Source: Macrostomum hystrix (lineage: Eukaryota; Animalia; Platyhelminthes). From it: a stretch of DNA of 64,000 nt. The translations under genes were made by a program, and so were the position numbers. Location: contig CATNEN010000015.1 of NCBI GenBank assembly GCA_950097015.1, positions 124,001 through 188,000 of the forward strand, given 5' to 3'. The number at the start of each line of letters is the position of its first letter. The first letter of the stretch is position 1. The notes beneath the pieces were generated by a model. That model searched no databases. It was given only the letters and a program-made list of their open reading frames with translations, and was not told the DNA's origin. Positions 37,709-49,602 of this stretch are shown piece by piece.

Positions 37709-40259
37709 GCTGGAGCGCCTGGCCTACTCGCATGACGACTTCTCCGACCTCGGCAAGCTGATCGGCAATGGCGCGTTTTTCTCCGTGCACCTGGTTGAGA
37801 CCACCAAGTACAAGGAGGCCCGGCCTGACATGCCGAAACGAGTGGCGCTGAAGGTTTTGGATGAAACAGCGGACGATCAGATTGTTGAGTCCTTCTTCTC
37901 AGAGGCCGAGCTGCTGCTGGGCATGGAGCACAGATACATCATGCAGGTGGGTGCCAGCGGGTTCTAACCTGGCTCTGACTGTTTTGTTGCTAAGCCAATC
38001 GCCAGCAGAAACGAGCCATGGGGAAGGGGCTATGTGCATAATATATTAGCCGATATGTATCGAAAATTAGCAAACATGTATTGTAGCTCTTAGATGGTGA
38101 CAAAGAACGTGGTTTTAATAATAATTTTTTGTCTAATATTTTTATAACGAAGTTCCATGCTTACTACTATAAGTATAGCAGCTTCAATGTTAGCATATTT
38201 TTTGTGGTTGCTACAGCCAAAAAAACTTTCGTATATAATATATTCGCGCAAAACCTGCCACTGATTCTGCATATAACAATACGGGCTATTCTTATTCTCT
38301 CAAGACTGTTTGTCTCTTCTCTTCCTGTTGCAGATTTGATAGTTCCAAGAGTCCAGTGTGGGATATGTTTATTTGCTTATTCATTATGTGCATTTCAACT
38401 ATATGTAGCACTGCACTGTGCTAATATCTACCTGTTAGTAAATAAGAGTGATTCTGCGCAGTAAACATGCTGTGCTATATTTAGCTATCCGCAGTGCGCA
38501 CATGGCACATTGTACCCGGTACAGTGCCATCTGCGAACTATTATTTTACTTGCTCACATAAATTTTCTCCTGCCTATTGTGTTAACGAGTTCTGCTGCTC
38601 TGCGCATTATTACTCACTTCTCGCTGTCTCATAGCTTGTTTTTGTTTCCATTGGCCCGGACCAGTAGTTATTTATGTTCACTTGTTATCCGAGTTCAATA
38701 TATATTTAAGATTCAGGTGAGAGAATGAGACTCAGGTGAGAGAATGAGACACAGGTGAGAGAATGAGACTCAGGTGAGAGAATGAGACACAGGTGAGAGA
38801 ATGAGACTCAGGTGAGAGAATGAGCCTCAGGTGAGAGTATGAGCCTCAGGTGAGAGAATGAGACTCGGGTGAGAGAATGAGCCTCAGGTGAGAGTATGAG
38901 CCTCAGGTGAGAGAATGAGACTCGGGTGAGAGAATGAGACTCAGGTAAGAGTATGAGCCTCGGGTGAGAGAATGAGACTCGGGTGAGAGAATGAGACTCA
39001 GATAACAGTATGAGCCTCGGGTGAGAGAATGAGACTCGGGTGAGAGAATGAGACTCGGGTGAGAGAATGAGACTCAGGTAAGAGTATGAGCCTCGGGTGA
39101 GAGAATGAGACTCGGGTGAGAGAATGAGACTCAGATAAGAGTATGAGCCTCGGGTGAGAGAATAAGATTCAAGGGAGAGAATGAGACTCAGTTAAGAGAA
39201 TGAGCCTCAGGTGAGAGAATGAGAGAATGCGCTAAAAGTATGGTACTGTAAAGCAAATATGAGATCATTTTAGCTTTGCTTCCGTCTCGACAGTGTAAAG
39301 GTTTTACTTTTTGTCAGAGCTTAAGTTGACTTTCTGATGCGCAAGCTCTATAGAACGGGGCAATTTTGCGGAGAATTGTCAGACTGCATTTCCTATCCCT
39401 GACCTGCCGCAGTTCCCTAATTTCGTCATCCCCACCGCAATGTGCCATGCCGCAGGTATTCGGCATCTGCGCCAGCACCCGGCCTTTCTGCCTGCTGGTG
39501 GAATACTGCGAGTTCGGCGACCTGCAGACCCTGCTGCGCCGCACAGCCAGCGGTGACCTCGGCCATCAGCGAAGGAGCCACTTGGTGCCCAACGGCAGCT
39601 CCTACAACTCCACGGTGGCCACCAACGTTGAAGCCGTCGAGCTGATGCCGTCCACCTCTGCCATGGGGGCATCGCCGCCAACGACTGCTGTGGCGGATAC
39701 TTCAGCTGCAGACGACTCGGCGGTCGAGCTGCGGACGCGACCTCTGGAACTCGAGGACCTGCTTCGCATGGGGTCGCAGGTGGCCAACGCCCTGAGCTAC
39801 ATCAGCAAGCGCGGCCTGGTGTTCCGCGATCTCGCCAGCCGCAACATCCTCGTTACCGCCGACTACGACATCCGGCTTGCCGACTTCGGCATGTGCCGCA
39901 AGCTGCCGCTGGGCAACCGCGCCGCCTGCGTGGTGTCCGAGTCCGAGTGCCTCCCAGTCCGCTGGCTGGCGCCCGAGACCGTGCGAGAGTCCCGCTTCTA
40001 CCCGGAGTCTGACGTGTACGCCTTCGGTGTACTGCTGTGGGAGCTGTTCAGCATGGGCGAGCAGCCCTGGACCGGCTACTCTGTTGAGCAAGTCTGGGAG
40101 ATGAAGCTGCAGAATGCTGACTGTCAGCTGCCGCGGCCGCAGCGGGCTCCGGAGAATGTCTGGGCCCTAATGCGTGCCTGCTGGTCTGCGGACCGGGCGG
40201 CAAGGCCCGGCTTCAGCTCGCTGACCTACCAGCTGCACCAGGCCGCCACGCACTGCTGA
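37709..40259 (+). CDS. MuSK/ROR/Nrk-family receptor tyrosine kinase, exons 8-9 (kinase domain); same gene as 20434-23499 (total ~950 aa)
   Basis: Exons 37709-37946 and 39456-40259. The phase-2 junction gives TYPK|LERLAYSHDDF, similar to MuSK NPKLLSLEYPRNN. Motifs: IGNGAFFSV, VALK, FRDLASRNILV, DFG, LPVRWLAPE, SDVYAFGVLLWE, CW. Confidence 0.92.
38712..39225. repeat. 19-bp minisatellite (TCAGGTGAGAGAATGAGAC), ~27 copies, in RTK intron 8
   Basis: Period 19 is visible. Confidence 0.95.
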
Positions 40260-40782
40260 TGGGAGACGGTGACGTCATTCGTGCCATGGGACCATCAAAC
40301 CGAGCTCTGCGATATCATAATTGGATTTGCTTTCTAACGCACGGCCATGGAGGGGTCGGTGGCAGAGCGGTGAAAGCGTTTGCTTCTCGCACCGCGGTCG
40401 CAGAGAGAATTCTTGTCGTGTAATATAGGCCCTTGAAGTCCAACCACCAAGCACTTTAAAAGTGTACACTGCCTGACGATAAGAAAGACAGGGCAGATGT
40501 ACACACCTGTGTGAGCGTATGCCTGCGTACAGTATGTGTGTGCGTGTGTGCTCAGGAGTCAGCGAAATGGGCATAATTGCCTCCTCGCTGGCTGCAGGTC
40601 TAGTGTCATCAAATTATGTGCCACTGCCCACAGCCCTCCTGCAATTTTTTTAATTATCACTTGGCCATATTCGTTGCTTTCGTATTGCGCGCTTTTAAAT
40701 GTTATCTGAACAACCAGGGGCATGCTGGGCAGCCTGCCAGTGCACAGAGAGGGTAGTTCAAAAGTCGTCTAAAATTACCTAC

Positions 40783-41462
40783 TCCCCAGAAACTCCATGG
40801 ATTCCGCTCCCCAGAAACTACAGGGATTCCCGCTCCCCAGAAACTCCATGGATTCCCGCTCCCCAGAAACTTCAGGGATTCCCGCTCCCCAGAAACTCCA
40901 TGGATTCCCGCTCACCAGAAACTTCAGGGATTCCCGCTCCCAGAAACTCCATGGATTCCCGCTCCCCAAAAACTTCAGAGATTCCCGCTCCCCAGAAACT
41001 CCATGGATTCCGCTCCCCAGAAACTTCAGGGATTCCCGCTCCCCAGAAACTCCATGGATTCCCGCTCACCAGAAACTCCATGGATTCCCGCTCACCAGAA
41101 ACTCCATGGATTCCCGCTCACCAGAAACTTCAGAGATTCCCGCTCCCCAGAAACTCCATGGATTCCCGCTCACCAGAAACTCCATGGATTCCCGCTCACC
41201 AGAAACTCCATGGATTCCCGCTCACCAGAAACTCCATGGATTCCGCTCCCCAGAAACTCCATGGATTCCGCTCCCCAGAAACTTCAGGGATTCCCGCTCC
41301 CCAGAAACTCCATGGATTCCCGCTCCCCAGAAACTTCAGGGATTCCCGCTCCCCAGAAACTTCAGAGATTCCCGCTCCCCAGAAACTCCAGGGATTCCCG
41401 CTCCCCAGAAACTTCAGGGATTCCCGCTCCCCAAAAACTTCAGGGATTTCCGCTCCCCCAGA
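40783..41462. repeat. 26-bp minisatellite (CCCCAGAAACTCCATGGATTCCCGCT), two alternating variants
   Basis: Period 25-26 is visible. Confidence 0.95.
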
Positions 41463-41852
41463 AACCCAAGCGATTCTGCGTCGCTCAGAATCTCAACGGA
41501 TTCCCACCACTCAGACGGACGCTTTCTAAAAATAAGTCAAAAAAGAATTCGGTTGGCAGGCTCTCGTCTCAGCTCGCAGCCCAGAGAACTGTCAGGGACC
41601 AGAATTCATTCCTTGTTGCTTTTTAGTGCTCATTTGTACAGCGTTTTATTCACTTTCAGTGCCAACCGTCTGGTCTCACCCATTCCCGTGCGATAAAGCC
41701 ATCCTACTCATTCGCTCTGATTGTAAAAATGTAATTGTTCCATTCCCTGTATGATCCACCATCACTCTTTTTGAGCTGCCTTGCCTTGCTTTTGTAGGCT
41801 TCTCATTGTGCGCTTATCTTGTGCTACGCTTGTTGGATATTTTTATGAGCCC

Positions 41853-42803
41853 ATTAGGCCAAGAAGGTCATTAGGCCAGTAGGTCTAGAAGGTCATTAGG
41901 CCAGTAGGTCTAGAAGGTCATGAAGCCAGTAGGTCTAGACGATCATGAGGCCAGTAGGCCTAGAAGGTCACGAGGCCAGTAGGTCTAGGTCATGAAGCCA
42001 GTAGGTCTAGAAGGTCATTAGGCCGGTAGGTCTAGGTCATGAGGCCAGTAGGTCTAGAAGGTCATGAAGCCAGTAGGTCTAGAAGGTCATGAGGCCAGTA
42101 GGTCTAGGTCATGAAGCCAGTAGGTCTAGAAGGTCATGAAGCCAGTAGGTCTAGAAGGTCATTTGGCCAGTAGGTCTAGAAGGTCATGGGGCCAGTAGGT
42201 CTAGAAGGTCATGAAGCCAGTAGGTCTAGAAGGTCATTTGGCCAGTAGGTCTAGAAGGTCATGGGGCCAGTAGGTCTAGAAGGTCATGGGGCCAGTAGGT
42301 CTAGAAGGTCATGAAGCCAGTAGGTCTAGAAGGTCATGAAGCCAGTAGGTCTAGAAGGTCATGAAGCCAGTAGGTCTAGAAGGTCATGGGGCCAGTAGGT
42401 CTAGAAGGTCATGAAGCCAGTAGGTCTAGAAGGTCATGGGGCCAGTAGGTCTAGAAGGTCATGAAGCCAGTAGGTCTAGAAGGTCATGGGGCCAGTAGGT
42501 CTAGAAGGTCATGAAGCCAGTAGGTCTAGGTCATGAAGCCAGTAGGTCTAGAAGGTCATGGGGCCAGTAGGTCTAGAAGGTCATGAAGCCAGTAGGTCTA
42601 GAAGGTCATGGGGCCAGTAGGTCTAGAAGGTCATGAAGCCAGTAGGTCTAGAAGGTCATGAAGCCAGTAGGTCTAGAAGGTCATTAGGCCAGTAGGTCTA
42701 GAAGGTCATGAAGCCAGTAGGTCTAGAAGGTCATGGGGCCAGTAGGTCTAGAAGGTCATGAAGCCAGTAGGTCTAGAAGGTCATGAAGCCAGTAGGTCTA
42801 GAA
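41853..42803. repeat. 25-bp minisatellite (GCCAGTAGGTCTAGAAGGTCATGAA)
   Basis: Period 25, ~38 copies. Confidence 0.95.
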
Positions 42804-43254
42804 TGTGAATCGCTGCTCACTATTGTATGGTTTCCTATTACTTTATTCTGGTGCTACTGAGCTAATGCCAGTCCTGTGCAGCAAGATTATTTTGAGTGTT
42901 TTTGTCTATTTAAATTCAGCCGAGGACAAAGAGTTGCCCTCAGAGGCTGCAGAGCTGCAGCAGGCGATTGTCATTGCGCCAGAGCACAGCTCCCAGTTCT
43001 TGAGCCAACTGTTATCCCCTTCTCCGCCTGAGCTCAGCCATGCCGAGCAACTAGATGAGAATTTTACTGTAGAGTCCGCGATTCCCTGCATAAGCAGTTT
43101 TTTATTCTTTTTGCTGTTGTTTTTAGCATCGGATGCCTTTTTTGTATTTATTAAATTGTTTATTCGATTAGCTGTTATAACGACCTACTTGTTATACTGT
43201 TTTCATTTTGCTATGCCAGACATTTGAACTCCAGTTGCAGGCCTAGTGCTCAAC

Positions 43255-43700
43255 TCTCCCTCTGCCTTCTAACCTCCCTTCGTCTTCTCCCCCCTCTGCC
43301 TTCTAACCTCCCTTCGTCTTCTCCCCCCTCTGCCTTCTAACCTCCCTTCGTCTTCTCCCGCTGCCTTCTAACCTCCCTTCGTCTTCTCCCCCTCTGCCTT
43401 CTAACCTCCCTTCGTCTTCTCCCCCTCTGCCTTCTAACCTCCCTTCGTCTTCTCCCTCTGCCTTCTAACCTCCCTTCGTCTTCTCCCCTCTGCCTTCCAA
43501 CCTCCCTTCGTCTCCGCCCTCTGCCTTCTAACCTCCCTTCGTCTCCGCCCTCTGCCTTCCAACCTCCCTTCGTCTTCTCCCCCTCTGCCTTCTAACCTCC
43601 CTTCGTCTTCTCCCCCTCTGCCTTCTAACCTCCCTTCGTCTTCTCCCCCTCTGCCTTCTAACCTCCCTTTGTTTTCTCCCCCTCTGCCTGCCTTCTAATC
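43255..43700. repeat. ~33-bp pyrimidine-rich minisatellite (TCTGCCTTCTAACCTCCCTTCGTCTTCTCCCCC)
   Basis: About 13 copies are visible. Confidence 0.93.
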
Positions 43701-44674
43701 TCATTTTCGTCTCCCCCTCTGCCAAATCTCTTCCGTAAGTTTCCCTAGTCCACTCTCCGTGCTCAAAACCCTCGCACACTACTTTGGCTATGCAAAGGCT
43801 ATGCTGAGATGTAGGCAGGGTAAGTTGACCAGATTGGACAGATGTGACTCATCTGGGGAGGGGTTGCTGTTTGAATGCGCACAGGCGCGAAGGCAGGGGT
43901 GGCTGGCCGCACTGTTTACTGTTCACAGTAAACACTTTGCTATCTGGCCCAGCCCGTGTGCTGCCGTGTGCTGCCTGTTTCTGTTTGTGTACTCCTGTCC
44001 TGGTCAAAGAATAATAGAACTTCCTTGATCTGAATTCGGCCGTGCAGTTGAAACCCATGTAGTCTGCCTATAGGGCACGATCTTGGTTGAAGGTAATGCT
44101 CCAGCCATAATGAGTTGCAGCAGCTAAATAATTCACGGGTCTGTTTCTACTTCTGATAGTTGCGTCCATCAATTAGAACCTGGAATAGTCCGATTATAAA
44201 AGTGCAGCCAGCTCCATTGGACAGTTGGACCTACTCTGCGCTTCCCAGAACTTATTCCGCTTGATGACGTTGGCGCAGGATCAAGTTCAGCCGTGTGGCC
44301 TCATTAATTATTCATGATGCTGAGAGCTGGGACCATTCTGCAGCCGAGGCTTTGCGTGGGAATATGACCGTGCCCAGTAAATACTGTAAATTAATGTATT
44401 GCGAGCCCCACACTTGGCTTGAGCCTGTACGGAAACAAATAATTTATTCACAAGCCTCGCCGAACTAAGCAGGCAAGCGCCATTGGCTGGCAGGCTCTGC
44501 AAGGGGATAGATTGTGTGCGCATTGAATGACTCAGGTATAAATATGCACAGGTGTGTTTGTGCATTGCGGCACAGTGCAGACTGGCCACAATAGCAGCAA
44601 GCAGTGCAATCAAACAGCAAGAAAACTTTAATTACATTGCAGTAGCGCTTAGCGCCTGCGACATTCACCAGACT

Positions 44675-47163
44675 ATGCAGTCTGGAGCACCGGAGGACGA
44701 ACTCGGTGCCTGCGGAGGCGGCTGCGGCCATGAACAGCAGCTGGCGGACATTGACAATGTGGACCCCGCTGAGATCTGCTTCAGCTGCCGGTCCAGGCTG
44801 CCAAACATTCAGGTGAGCCTTTGTGACTCACCTTCACCTTACCCTGATCGGATGATAGCCTGTTTTTGTATGTGTGTGCATCACGATGCCACACACTGGT
44901 GTGTAAACACGCTGCAATTCCGGTCACGAGTGCTGTTTTGGGTCAGCTGCCTTTTTATCATGGTTATCGAGTAGCAAAGATGCTTGCAAGTCTTAGGCAT
45001 TCAGAATAAGCAATACTTTCACAGCTGCAATTTGCAGAATGAGAATTTCAGATTTGCTGTTTCTGGTGTTGCCAAAATTAATAATGATAGATTGACATTG
45101 TGATTGTGATAGAGTGCCAGTTTGTGATGGACTGACAGTTTTTGATGGAGTGCCAGTTTGTGATAAAGTGACTGTGATGGAGTGCCAGTTTGTGATGGAG
45201 TGCCAGTTTGTGATGGAGTGCCAGTTTGTGATGGAGTGCCAGTTTGTGATTGAGTGCCTGTGTGATGGAGTGGCAGTTTGTGATGGAGTGACAGTTTGGG
45301 ATGGAGTGCCAGTTTATGATGGAGTGATAGTTTGTGATGGAGTGCCAGTTTGTGATGGAGTGCCAGTTTGTGATGGAGTGCCAGTTTGTGATGGAGTGCC
45401 AGTTTGTGATTGAGTGCCAGTTTATGATGGAGTGATAGTTTGTGATGGAGTGCCAGTTTGTGATGGAGTGCCAGTTTGTGATGGAGTGCCAGTTTGTGAT
45501 TGAGTGCCAGTCTATGATGGAGTGATAGTTTGTGATGGAGTGCCAGTTTGTGATGGAGTGCCAGTTTTTGATGTAGTGCCAGATCCAAGCAGCTTCTTCT
45601 CCCAACCCCTCCAGGTGGACAGCTCGCTGTCGGAGCGCCTGCAGCGGCTGCGGCTGAACGGGCTCAGCAAGGCGGTGGCCGTGGACCTGCTTCGCTGCCC
45701 CCCGCCGCGAGGCATGCGTCGCCGCTCGCGCTCCGGTCTGAACACGGCGCTGCTGCTGGCGGTGAAGGAGATTTACAGCCTGCAGGACTTCAGCAGCGTG
45801 CAGCTGCTGGCCAAGGGCTTCTTCTCCAATGTCTACCGGGTGACGCTGGAGCGCAGTGGGCGGCAGCTGGCGCTGAAGATGAACGGCGAGACGCACCAGA
45901 GATCCGCGTACAGGGAGCATGAGATCATGTCCAAGCTGAGCCACCCGAATGTGCTTCGCTACCACGCAGTGTGCATTCACGGCGGCCGGCTGCACTGCCT
46001 GTTCGACTACATCGACGGTGGCAGCCTGGAGCAACTGCTGGCTGAGCCCGGCCGACGGCTGAGCTGGCGAGTGCGCCTCGGACTGGCCCTGGATGTGGCC
46101 AGAGCCATGGCCTATGTGCACGGACAGGTGAGCTGGGGCTGCAGCATTGCCTGTGCGGGCCAGCCTCGCTTTCGTGTAGGCCGATTACATGAGGTTTTTG
46201 GGGCTTGGAGACTGACCAGACGCAACTTGACTCTCGCCCCCGTCCCCCCCGATCCGGCAGGGCTATTTCCACCGCGACATCGCCTCCAAAAACATTCTGA
46301 TTCGCACGGACTCGGACGGCCCGCGCCGCTACCAGGCCGTTGTGGCGGACTTCGGCCTGGCCGTGAAGATTCCCCGCTACGCCACCCAGCGGCTGTTGGA
46401 GTGCGTCGGCAGCCCCTTCTGGATGGCGCCCGAGTGCATGCGCGGCTGCGGCTTCAGCGTTAAGGCGGACGTCTTCAGCTACGGCATCGTGCTGTGCGAG
46501 ATGCTCACCCGCCTGCCGGCAGACCCGGACTTCCTGCCCCGCCTGCCCAGCTTCGGCGTCGATGCAGCCGTCCTCGAGTCCTCGCTGGTGCCGCCCGACT
46601 GTCCGCGCCAGCTGCTCCAGCTGACCCTGTCCGCCTGCTGCCTGGAGCCCGCCGCGCGGCCGAGCTTCAGCGACCTGGCCGGAGCTCTGCAGCGCCTGCT
46701 GGACAAGCTGGAGGCCGGCGCTCTCGTGGAGACAGTTCGCGGCGTCCCCGCTGCCGCCTCAAATGACGCCGCTGCTGACATTGACAACGAGGACGACCTG
46801 CTGGAACAGCAGCGGCTAGACGCCAGCTGGCAGGAGCGGCGGCAGCAGCAGCGCTGCTGGAACCCCGGCATGAAGCACAACCCGTTCGTGACGGTGCGCT
46901 GGGAGAGGAATAAGTCCTGCCTGCAGGCTGGCGGTGCGCCCGCCCTCCTGCTGCCCACCGGCCCCGAGCTGCGCTCGCCCTCCGGCCTCAACCGGGCCTG
47001 GTCCTACCCGGACCTGTCCCAGGACCTCATCGAGTTCCTGGAGATTGCCCGCCGCTGTAGGCCGTGCCATGGCGCCACAGACGACTCAGGCGTGTCCTGC
47101 GTGTCCTGCGTGTCCTGCATGTCCTCCTCCATGGACACCCTGGGCGACTCCAGCTTCGCCTGA
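44675..47163 (+). CDS. TESK: TESK/Cdi-family (LIMK-related) dual-specificity kinase, 3 exons, ~517 aa
   Basis: Exons 44675-44812, 45615-46127 and 46261-47163 join in frame. TESK signatures: KGFFSNVYRV, ALKMN, LSHPNVLRY..VCIH.G.LH, LSWRVRL.LALD, FHRDIASKN, VVADFGLAVKIP, VGSPFWMAPE, KADVFSYGIVLCE..RLPADPDFLPR..FGVD. The start exon is less certain. Confidence 0.9.
45112..45583. repeat. 18-bp minisatellite (GAGTGCCAGTTTGTGATG) in TESK intron 1
   Basis: About 26 copies, ending ~30 nt before the acceptor at 45614. Confidence 0.93.
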
Positions 47164-47349
47164 GCGGCTGTTCAAAGTTCTCCGATAGCGCAGTTCACTG
47201 CTGTCTATAGCTGAAGAGATTTGTGCAACTGATTTCAGAGATAGGATATGGCCTACTCAAGCCACTGACTTGTACAGCTCTTCTATAGGTAGCCTTTAAA
47301 TAAATATTTGCAATATAACGCCGCGTAAAGCTCAGTCAACGTCTAAGCA

Positions 47350-47580
47350 GTGCACTACTCAGTGTACTACTCAGTGTACTACTCAGTGTACTACTCAGTG
47401 TACTACTCAGTATACTACTCAGTGTACTACTCAGTGTACTACTCAGTATACTGCTCAGTATACTACTCAGTGTACTGCTCAGTGTACTACTCAGTGTACT
47501 ACTCAGTGTACTACTCGGCTAACTACTCATGTACTGCTCAGTTAACTACTCATGTACTACTCATGTACTGCTCATTTACT
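47350..47580. repeat. 12-bp minisatellite (GTGTACTACTCA)
   Basis: Visible, degenerating toward the 3' end. Confidence 0.9.
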
Positions 47581-48054
47581 GCTCAATGTTCTGCTCAATG
47601 TACTGCTCCTTATATACTCAGCTTAATCGGCACCTGGTCATATTCCACGAGTCATGTACTTATTTAGCTCATCTCTTGTAATCTCCCAGTCTTCCTGTTT
47701 TGCTAGATTTTCATCCAATAGCCTTGTCTCCTCGCCTAGGGTGGCTGATGTTCCGCTTTGTCCTCGGACTCGGCCACCTGCTGTGTCAGTATGTTCGATT
47801 AGCCTAATCTTGGTTGCTCTCTGTTCGAGTCTTCATGTTGGCAGTATTTTTGCGTCATAAATTTTACGAAATTTTTACGGCTGTTAGTGACATCAGAAAT
47901 ACAGATATTAGCCACATCAGACAAGGCAAGACTTTGTATTTTATACAATTATAAATTATGATTTACAGATTATAATTATCGATCTGTTTATACTAAAAAG
48001 CGAACACCTAGGCTGATAAGTAGCTTTTGACCAGCCCTTTTAGACCAATATGCA

Positions 48055-48335
48055 CTATCCGACCAACCCCACTCCTAATGTACACTCTCCGACCAAATCC
48101 GCTCCCAATGTACACTCTCCGACCAACCCCACTCCAAATGTACATTCTCCGCCCAAACCCACTCCCAATGTACACTCTCCGACCAACCCCACTCCAAATG
48201 TACATTCTCCGCCCAAACCCACTCCCAATGTACACTCTCCGACCAACCCCACTCCCAAATGTACATTCTCCGCCCAAACCCACTCCCAATGTACACTCTC
48301 CGACCAACCCCACTCCCAATGTACATACTTCGACC
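48055..48335. repeat. 30-bp minisatellite (CCCACTCCCAATGTACACTCTCCGACCAAC)
   Basis: About 9 copies with alternating variants. Confidence 0.9.
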
Positions 48336-49602
48336 AACTTAAATCTTAAATTACACTTATTCGAATAATTCTAGTCGTACATACACGCACACACAACATA
48401 CATACTTTGACCAAACCCTTTTCCATGTACATTATCACGTGCTTCAATGTCATAGCCATTTGTCTCCGTCTGATTCAGCCTCAGTCACCAACACTGTTGT
48501 TAACCGTGAGCAGATAAAATTGTTCGCTAATCTCCTCAGTGCAGCGCACATGTTCAGCACAAAAGCATTATTTTATTTTTTTACTGTCGCTGGCATTATG
48601 TATCGACTTTTCTGCGACGTGTCACAATTTCCAAAACAGATTTATATTACTTTGAGTAGTGGATGATTTTCTTAGCAGTATTAAAATGCATACAAAGAAG
48701 TGCTCATATTTCTAAACAGAGTCACAGTACATCGTTTTTTGCTGAGTATGTCAACGCACAGTGTGCTCACAGTTGAGCACATATTCGGTTTAGCACTGTT
48801 ACCCTTTAGCTTATTCTTGGAATTTTTATCTGCAATTGCAATTGCTGTCTCACCACCCCAAACGAGTGCTGACTGAGTAGTATTATCTGATACCAGCCTG
48901 CTAGCCATGCTATCTATTTATGCAGGCCTGAACTGCAGCAACAGTGATTTCTGGTCCGCTTACCTCTCATTTACTGTTTAGAATGCTATATTCACAGCTG
49001 CACACGCGATGTTAACTTCTGTTTTGGCGCTCTTAAGCCGCCCATTGTTTTCTAATACACACTTTACACCATAACCTGGCACTGTTTTCTATAATTAGCA
49101 TTTTAACTGAGAAATTCACGAACAATCACTTCGTTCCTTCTTTACCTGCTATCGGCTGCAGTGAGTTTCCTGCACTCAGCAACAATCAAATGTAACAGAA
49201 TAAATGTAGTCAGCTAAAATAACAGCTGCGCGCTCTGCACTGGCCTTCCTTGTCCGCAGACATTAATCCCATCGAGCATGTCTCGTCGGAAATCCCAAAA
49301 AGTCACAAGTCGAACTGAATAATGCATTAAAATAAAATTCTGGTTTTGTGGGACTGACGTTTTTTTATTGACTGACATCAACTTTCCCTTCCTCGCGGCG
49401 GCTTGGTTCCGTAACCTTAGAGTTGAATTGTGAGTGGGAAGTTGTGCGGCTTGGTTCCGTATCCTTAGAGTTGAATTGTGAGTGGGAAGTTGTGCGGCTT
49501 GGTTCCGTATCCTTAGAGTTGAATTGTGAGTGGGAAGTTGTGCGGCTTGGTTCCGTATCCTTAGAGTTGAATTGTGAGTGGGAAGTTGTGCGGCTTGGTT
49601 CC

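Noticed and set aside
40699-41696. Several 200-300-aa ORFs over the 26-bp repeat; likewise ORFs at 22391-23062, 45019-45588, 47350-48368 and 50333-51301
   Set aside because: These are translations of tandem repeats located in introns, intergenic DNA or the LTR interior.
44675-44812. CFSC in TESK exon 1 as a LIM-domain remnant
   Set aside because: A single CxxC without the remaining LIM ligands. The kinase motifs match TESK, which lacks LIM domains.
47620-47810. Minus-strand frame weakly resembling a LINE RT C-terminus (RLEQRATKI..)
   Set aside because: The similarity is too short and no other RT motifs are nearby.
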